The notes under the pieces are model-generated. The model saw only the letters and a list, made by a program, of their open reading frames with translations. It was not told the origin of the DNA and did not search any database. A stretch of DNA of 14,562 bases from Tolypothrix carrinoi HA7290-LM1 (GTDB taxonomy: Bacteria > Cyanobacteriota > Cyanobacteriia > Cyanobacteriales > Nostocaceae). A program made the translations under genes and the position numbers. The number at the start of each line of letters is the position of its first letter. Positions within the stretch are counted from its first letter, which is position 1. The DNA lies in the NCBI GenBank assembly GCA_019358935.1, contig JAHHIK010000157.1, positions 1 through 14,562 on the forward strand, read 5' to 3'. Positions 8,613 to 14,562 of the stretch are shown piece after piece.

Positions 8613-10289
8613 AAGTACTTAATCACCAGTGCATTGCCTTATATTAACGGCATCAAACATTTGGGAAACCTTGTCGGTTCGATGCTTCCAGCAGACGTAT
8701 ATGCTCGTTTCTTGAGACAAGAAGGCGAAACGGTTCTCTTCATCTGCGCCACTGACGAACATGGTACACCTACTGAAATAGCAGCAACAGAAGCAAAACT
8801 TGATGTAGAAAGTTTCTGCCAAAAATTGCACGAACTCCAGGCAGAAATTTATAGAGACCTTGGTTTGTCGTTTGACTATTTTGGTCGCAACTCATCAGTT
8901 TATAACCACGAGCTAACTCAGCATTTCTATCAGTCTCTTGACAAAAACGGTTTTATCGAGGAACGGGAGATTAGTCTGGTTTACTCTCTTGATGATAAGC
9001 GTTTTTTGCCGGATAGATATATTGTTGGGACTTGTCCCCATTGCGGGTATGAATCAGCTAGGGGAGATCAGTGTGAAAATTGCACATCTTTACTAGACCC
9101 AACTGACTTGATAGAACCGCGTTCTACAATTTCCGGAAGCAAGCGTTTGGAAGTCCGAAAAACTAAGCACTTGTTCTTAAAGCTTTCTGCACTCTCCCAT
9201 GAGATAAGAGCTTGGGTTGAGAAACATCCAAATTGGTCTAACCTCACCAAATCAATTGCGATGAAGTGGTTGAATGAAGGACTCCAAGACCGATGTATCA
9301 CTCGCGATATGGCTTGGGGAGTTCCTGTTCCCCGTCCAGGATTTGAGGGAAAAGTTTTCTATGTTTGGTTTGATGCACCCATTGGATATATTTCTGCAAC
9401 TAAAGGATGGGGTATAGAAAATTCCCAAGACTGGGAAACTTGGTGGTGCGATACAGAAAATATTAAGTACGTGCAATTTATGGCTAAGGATAACTTGCCA
9501 TTCCACACCATTATGTTTCCAGCGATGATTCTGGGTACACGAGAAAACTGGAAATTGGCTGACCAAATTAGGGGATTTAATTGGCTGACATATTATGGTG
9601 GTAAGTTTTCTACTAGTGCAAAACGAGGAATTTTTCTAGACCAGGCACTCGCGCTTTTACCTGCGGATTATTGGCGATATAGTCTTTTATCAATGATTCC
9701 TGAATCTGCTGATTCTGCTTTTACTTGGGAGTTATTTCAAGTAAAGGTTAACAAAGAGTTAGCTGATACATTTGGCAACTTTGTTAATCGAATTTTCAAG
9801 TTTGCTGTCAATAATTTTGGTGCAACTGTTCCAGAAGGAGGCAGTTTTGGTACAAGAGAACAGGAATTACAAAATACCTGCGAACAACTTGTCAACAAAT
9901 ACTGCGATTATTTGAGAAATATGGAGTTTCGCAAGGCAATAGAAGCTCTCTATTTATTATGGTCTGTTGGGAATCAATATATTGACGAAAGAGCGCCGTG
10001 GAAGCTGATTAAGAAGAACCGTGAAGAAGCAGCCCAAGTAGTGCGGACGTGTATTAATTTAATCCGAATTTATGCACTTGTTTCGGCTCCAATTATTCCA
10101 TTCACTTCCGCAAAGCTTTTTGATGCACTGCACTTGCTAGATGCTGACAGAATGACAAAGATTAGCGAGAGTGTTAATTTTGATGCTTTGTATCCAGGTC
10201 ATCCAATTAATGTGATTTTGCCACTGTTTCGTAAGTTGGAGGAGGAAGAAATCAAAGAATTATCAGCAAGATTTGGAATGAGAAATTAA
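8613..10289 (+). CDS. metG: Methionine--tRNA ligase, short form, two-zinc-knuckle (MetRS2-like) type; start codon unresolved
   Basis: KYLITSALPYINGIKHLGN (HIGH-like), ATDEHG, CPHC...CENC, ITRDMAWG, YVWFDAPIGYIS, FMAKDN, KFSTS (KMSKS-like), GNFVNR, NQYIDERAPWKL. Homology begins at 8613, upstream of the TTG at 8634 used by the ORF track. Confidence 0.93.
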   Translation, partial: KYLITSALPYINGIKHLGNLVGSMLPADVYARFLRQEGETVLFICATDEHGTPTEIAATEAKLDVESFCQKLHELQAEIYRDLGLSFDYFGRNSSVYNHELTQHFYQSLDKNGFIEEREISLVYSLDDKRFLPDRYIVGTCPHCGYESARGDQCENCTSLLDPTDLIEPRSTISGSKRLEVRKTKHLFLKLSALSHEIRAWVEKHPNWSNLTKSIAMKWLNEGLQDRCITRDMAWGVPVPRPGFEGKVFYVWFDAPIGYISATKGWGIENSQDWETWWCDTENIKYVQFMAKDNLPFHTIMFPAMILGTRENWKLADQIRGFNWLTYYGGKFSTSAKRGIFLDQALALLPADYWRYSLLSMIPESADSAFTWELFQVKVNKELADTFGNFVNRIFKFAVNNFGATVPEGGSFGTREQELQNTCEQLVNKYCDYLRNMEFRKAIEALYLLWSVGNQYIDERAPWKLIKKNREEAAQVVRTCINLIRIYALVSAPIIPFTSAKLFDALHLLDADRMTKISESVNFDALYPGHPINVILPLFRKLEEEEIKELSARFGMRN

Positions 10290-10313
10290 TACTGAGTCGC
10301 GTTGTCTTCAAGA

Positions 10314-10348
10314 GTAGGTTGGATTAAACAAAGTCAAACCCAACCTAC
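10314..10348. repeat. Second GTAG-type palindrome family, between convergent genes; possible terminator role
   Basis: GTAGGTTGGATT ... AACCCAACCTAC, 11/12 paired, 11-nt loop. Confidence 0.7.
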
Positions 10349-10408
10349 GATTATTCTTAACTGAAGCGTATTAGGTTATTGATTGTAGCGAGTGATGAGC
10401 TTTCTGCT

Positions 10409-11272
10409 TCAATTACTGTAGCCAGTTTCGCGCAAAAACTTACGTACTTGGGCAAAGTATTTAGAGCGTTCGCGAAGCGTCTCCGAAGGAGACTCGCTTC
10501 CTTGATAAACTTGCTCTACCTGCTGCCAAGCATCTTTTCCTTGTCCCAGCATATATTTATCTGCCAAGTACGCAGCTAAAAATCCCTTGCCGTCGTCACC
10601 TTCTTTTTTGGCTTGTAAGTAAGTTTGCCAATTTTCAGAGGCATGTTTGGCGATTGATTTCGGATAGCGACGGGTAACATCAATCATCTTACCTTGACGA
10701 TATTGCCAAATTTGTAACGGATAGCCAGAAGCGGCATAAGATGTAAAAGCATAGGCAAAGCGATCGTCTCGACTTTCAAATTCTGATAGTCCGTCTTTGT
10801 CTAAATCTTTGAGTTGATAGCCAGCATTGCCCCATTCATGGCGTATTTGAGTGTATTGCTTAGATGTGCGATCGTAACGATAAATTAAAGAATAAACGCA
10901 ACAGTGCGCTCCGCCTGTAAAGAAATCGGCGATTACTTCTGGTTCTTTGTTGCCGTCCAAGTCTACCACGGGAAACTTATTTTCTCCAGTTAGATTTCCC
11001 AAAGGGCGATCGGATTCATTTTCTTGCGGCAGTTTTTTATCCAAAATTGTTTTACCTGCCCGGATAATTTTCAACCGAACATTTTTATACTGGTATTCCT
11101 GGGGTTTGTCGTAAGATATTTCTGCCCGTACATTGCCTGATTGTCCGGTAATAGTTTCTGCCGTTGCAGAGTTGGCAAACATTGCCACATTCAAAAGAGT
11201 TAAACCGATGAGAGATTGACTGATAAAGCAACGAATATCGGTAGTGATGCATAGTAATGATAAAGTAACCAT
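10409..11272 (-). CDS. Hypothetical secreted/periplasmic protein with DxDxDG-like (FG-GAP/VCBS-like) loops
   Basis: Hydrophobic N-terminus ending ...NSATA/E (signal-peptide-like); VDLDGNKEPE and KDLDKDGLSE motifs; TGGAHCC. Exact start uncertain. Confidence 0.8.
   Translation of the reverse strand: MVTLSLLCITTDIRCFISQSLIGLTLLNVAMFANSATAETITGQSGNVRAEISYDKPQEYQYKNVRLKIIRAGKTILDKKLPQENESDRPLGNLTGENKFPVVDLDGNKEPEVIADFFTGGAHCCVYSLIYRYDRTSKQYTQIRHEWGNAGYQLKDLDKDGLSEFESRDDRFAYAFTSYAASGYPLQIWQYRQGKMIDVTRRYPKSIAKHASENWQTYLQAKKEGDDGKGFLAAYLADKYMLGQGKDAWQQVEQVYQGSESPSETLRERSKYFAQVRKFLRETGYSN
10469..10492. mobile_element. 24-nt small dispersed repeat (SDR-like), in frame inside the CDS
   Basis: TTCGCGAAGCGTCTCCGAAGGAGA flanked by GCG and CTCGC (HIP1-like when joined); related copies at 12981-13006 and 13089-13112. 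Confidence 0.75.
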
Positions 11273-11361
11273 ATGTAACTCAAAACTGGAACAATGTCTT
11301 GCCGATGGTGCAACTCAAACAACGTTGTTAAAAATCAGTGCTTTTCTTCCCTCCGTGTTTT

Positions 11362-12357
11362 TTAACAATTGGGATGCTCCCTGCTCTGTTTCCTCACTTG
11401 CTCAACGATAAGGGTAATGAGGACAAATACAATTGATATATACCCAGAGAGAATATAAACTAAACCATAAGCTTTGGTGAGTTCTAAATGGAAGTTTTCA
11501 ATTAGTGGTTGGGTAATAATTGGCGACAAAAACTGTCCTAGAAATGTTGATGCAGTGAGCCATCCTACTGCACGTCCACGATAGGTCCCAGGTACTATTG
11601 CTGTTAGCCAAGAATCTAAATTGGGTACTAAAAAACCAGATCCTAATCCACTAACTACCAAACCAAATAAAACTAATACGTAGTTGTTTGCCAAGCCTAT
11701 TATTTCATAACTAATACCTACAAGACCAAGAGACAACACAACCAAAGACATGTAACTCATACGCTCTTTGACTTTTACATACACTAAAGACCCAATAATG
11801 AAAAACAATGTAGTTAATGCGATCGCTAGACCATTTTGCTTGCCATTAGTACCTGCCATTGCTTGCAGATAAAACGGCAAATGCACGGGAATTGAATATA
11901 ATATCACTTCTCCCAACAGAGCCGTACCATAAATAAATAGCAACAATTTCTTTGGTACGTCAGACTGCATCAGAGATTGCTCCTGATTAGGTAAATTCGG
12001 TGTAGTTTCCGAAGATTCGATTGATAAAGATTGGTCTTTATTTACTACTTTTTCTGGCTCTCGAATCACAAATATAATCAACGGCAATACTAATAAAGCT
12101 AGTAGGTGAATTAGAAATGGCTCCCGCCAATAAATATCAGCTAAAACACCACCGAGCAACAATCCAATTATCGCTCCTATACCAATAAATGCTGCTTGTA
12201 ACCCTAACACCTGCACCCGTTTCTGCCCAGTATAATAATCACCAATTAATGTGGTGACAGAGGTAGTAATTCCAGCAGTGGCTAAACCAACTCCCGCACG
12301 ACTAACCAAAATCCAAAATATTGAAGGCATAAAGAACCCTGAACTTCCTATAAACAA
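11362..12357 (-). pseudogene. MFS transporter, 5'-truncated
   Basis: The ORF opens at a TM3/TM4-like segment (GSSGFF...ILVSRAGVGLATAG) and continues with TTLIGDYY, GGVLADIYWR and YRGRAVG. An in-frame TAA lies 8 codons upstream of the TTG, and the first helices plus motif A are absent. Confidence 0.75.
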
Positions 12358-12734
12358 TTTCCCTTGACGATAAGTTATTTATGACCAAACAATATCTTTT
12401 CGGTGACTTGACATGAATCTGACACTTTTTTGGATGCGATCGCACAAGTGCTTCGCATCCACTTGCAACGCCGGGTTACTAGTAAATACGGATATTTGGG
12501 AATCAACCCGAAGATGCCGCAAACTTTACACCCCCAAATTCAGTAGACCGAAAACTTACGGGAGAATGAGGGTTTGGGCAAATGTCTCTGAGTCTTATCA
12601 TTGGCGATCGCCATCTGGCAGTTCAAAGTCCTGCTGTCTTTTTGGCTGATTTTAAGGGTGTTTTGTCAGCTAGAGCGTATCGACTGAATTGCTCATGCTG
12701 CAAAACTTCTAAAAAACTTTTTGGTTTACTGAAA

Positions 12735-12938
12735 TTAGAATAACTGAAGCTCACGTAAGCGTTCCATAAGCCATTCACCAACGCATAGCGGCTTATCTGA
12801 GAAGGATTCACCTTGTCGGCGTAGCATTTTTTCTGAGTTCGCGTGGTAGAAGTACACAATGGCATAACGATGATGCCTGTTCGAGCCTGCTTGAGAATTT
12901 ACTACTCTGTGTAAAGTAGCCTTGATCTGATTGTTTAA
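12735..12938 (-). pseudogene. C-terminal fragment of an IPNS/DIOX-family 2OG-Fe(II) oxygenase (absent from the ORF track)
   Basis: Manual translation: LNNQIKATLHRVVNSQAGSNRHHRYAIVYFYHANSEKMLRRQGESFSDKPLCVGEWLMERLRELQLF*. It shows HRV (distal Fe-ligand His), an RYA (RxS-like) 2OG-binding motif and a GE-W/Y-L..R tail. Its 5' side abuts a MITE. Confidence 0.75.
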
Positions 12939-12944
12939 AAGACA

Positions 12945-13061
12945 TAGGACTTACGCACAAAGACCAAATAACGAACCACGTTCGGCTTTGCCGTCTCCGA
13001 AGGAGAAGACACGAAGGACACGAAGGAATAAGAGTTGCAAAGGGTTTTTGCGTAAGTCCTG
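12945..13061. mobile_element. MITE with AGGACTTACGCA terminal inverted repeats and 5-bp target-site duplication AGACA
   Basis: AGGACTTACGCA at 12946-12957 and TGCGTAAGTCCT at 13049-13060 (15/16 when extended); AGACA at 12940-12944 and 13062-13066; internal CACGAAGGA repeats; no transposase. Confidence 0.85.
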
Positions 13062-13081
13062 AGACAGATAATTGACCAAAA

Positions 13082-13151
13082 AAGGATGTTCGCGCAGCGT
13101 CTCCAAACGAGAAGGATAAAGGATGAAACGGTCTTCATACTTCATACTTCA
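13082..13151. repeat. Heptamer repeats (AAGGATG/A, then CTTCATA) interrupted by an SDR-like element at 13089-13112
   Basis: AAGGATG [TTCGCGCAGCGTCTCCAAACGAGA] AGGATA AAGGATG ... CTTCATA CTTCATA CTTCA. Confidence 0.65.
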
Positions 13152-13152
13152 G

Positions 13153-13194
13153 TTGACCATCTCCCCAGATTTTAATTTCATCGAGCATTGGTGG
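13153..13194 (+). pseudogene. Short IS630-family transposase remnant
   Basis: Translates LTISPDFNFIEHWW, matching the IS630/Tc1 C-terminal LPxYSPDxNPIExxW motif that carries the catalytic Glu. Only 14 codons. Confidence 0.55.
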
Positions 13195-13528
13195 CTGCAA
13201 CAATCGCGCTTTTTTACGTCAACTCTCTTTTACTACAAAAATGGTTGATATTCTGATTACAACAATTCTCGATGCGCGTTAATCCTAAGCATTTAAAAAA
13301 CTGGTTTACAAACGGCTTATGCTGTACTTCATGAACCTGAAATCTGCTGTATTACAGACACTGAAGAGCCAAAAATGTTGCGAAAAAGAGGTATAGTTTT
13401 ATGGACTCTCTTTTAGTAATAGGCATAATGCAAACTTGTAAGTAGCAGTACCAAGTCTTTTAATTTTGATGTCTGAGTTTTTTGTATCGTAAATGAACAT
13501 TTCACCACAAACCCACAAAAGGCTTTTT

Positions 13529-14452
13529 ATGGAATGGAAGAAGCTTCTGACCTTAGACACATTGGGCAAGGATAACCCGGAAAATTCCACCTATGCACGA
13601 ACTGCGTTTCAAAGAGACTACAACCTATTAGTATTTTCCTCTCCCTTCCGTCGCCTTAAGGACAAAACCCAGGTTTTCTCTTTAGCAAAGAACGATGATA
13701 TCGGCACTCGTCTCACCCATAGTGTGGAAGTCTCCTGTGTGGGTCGTTACCTTGGAACGATAGTAGGCTGTGAGATTATAGCCAGAAACAACCTCAAACA
13801 GTTCAGCCCCTCAGACTTTGGGGATATTATCTCAGCTGCCTGCATAGCCCATGACATGGGCAATCCTCCCTTTGGTCATGTTGGAGAAAATGCTATCCGT
13901 AGCGCTTTTAAAACATGGTACGATACGAGCAAAGATATCCTCAAAGATACCCTCACCGCTCAATAAAAAGCTGACCTTGAACTGTTTGAAGGCAACGCTC
14001 AATGCTTTCGCATCCTAACTAGGCTGGAAATATCTACTACAGCAGGTGGAATGAAGCTGAGTTGCCCCACTTTGGCAGCGATCGCAAAGTACCCCAGAGA
14101 ATCTTGGATTCCAGCAGATATCCTTAACGGCTACACTGGAAAAAGTGTAACAAAGTATGGATTATTCCAATCTGAGAAGGATGTGTTTGCGAATGTTGCA
14201 GAAACGGTTGGATTAATTCGCCATCATCCTGAAGCGGCATGGTGGTCACGCCACCCTCTTGCCTTTTTGGTTGAAGCTGCCGACGACATCTGCTTTCACA
14301 TCATGGATCTAGAAGATGGTTATCGCATGGGATACATTTCGTTTGCTAGGACAAAAGAGTTACTCAATGAAATTGCCCAATGCGAAACCCTAAATAAAGA
14401 CGGCAAAACTGAGTCGGAACAAATTAATTTACTACGTAACCTAAGTTGCTAG
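13529..14452 (+). pseudogene. dgt: Deoxyguanosinetriphosphate triphosphohydrolase (dGTPase, HD family): internal nonsense codon and 3' truncation
   Basis: FRRLKDKTQVF, TRLTHSVEV, HDMGNPPFGH. After TAA (13964-13966) the same frame reads KADLELFEGNAQCFRILTRLE, KYP, RHPLAFLVEAADDIC, DLEDG. It ends about 308 codons from ATG 13529, short of a full-length Dgt. Confidence 0.88.
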
Positions 14453-14562
14453 TTATTGATTTAGGCGATCGCTTTGGGACAGTAAAGCAATAAAATGCCC
14501 TCCAAGAAGAGAAAATAAGGAGGGCTAGATGCTAAACGAAATAATTTCCATATATGCTATCA

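Noticed and set aside
6606..10579. Short ORFs overlapping the PEP enzyme, metG and the secreted-protein gene
   Set aside because: Antisense or alternate-frame shadows without independent support.
12413..12865. ORFs 12413-12649 (+) and 12623-12865 (-) as genes
   Set aside because: No motifs; the second lies in a different frame from the oxygenase fragment that better explains this DNA.
12935..13145. ORFs 12935-13138 and 12951-13145
   Set aside because: They are translations of the MITE and its repeats (SFVSFVS, LRVLRV).
13493..13528. ATG 13493 as the dgt start
   Set aside because: Dgt-like sequence begins at MEWKKLL (ATG 13529); the extra 12 codons lack support.
13964..13966. Programmed readthrough (Sec/Pyl) in dgt
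   Set aside because: The codon is TAA, not TGA or TAG, and the gene shows other decay and truncation.

Overview
Chromosomal window from a heterocyst-forming cyanobacterium (Nostocales-like), judged from frequent HIP1 octamers (GCGATCGC) and heptamer tandem repeats. The left part (1-8407) is HIP1-rich core genome: a PacL-type P-type ATPase, recF, a hypothetical protein, an MgtC/SapB protein and a PEP-synthase-like protein, with three copies of a GTAG-type REP palindrome in the spacers. The right part looks accessory and partly decayed. It holds a HIP1-free methionyl-tRNA synthetase of non-cyanobacterial type with no in-frame start codon ahead of its conserved first strand; an out-of-frame ATG leads into an A_AAA_AAG heptamer whose -1 frame is the MetRS frame. 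Next come a secreted protein with a 24-nt in-frame mini-element, a 5'-truncated MFS transporter, a C-terminal fragment of a 2OG-Fe(II) oxygenase missing from the ORF track, a MITE with a 5-bp target duplication, an IS630 scrap and a dGTPase pseudogene. No rRNA, tRNA or CRISPR array was seen. All calls come from reading motifs by eye; no database search was run.
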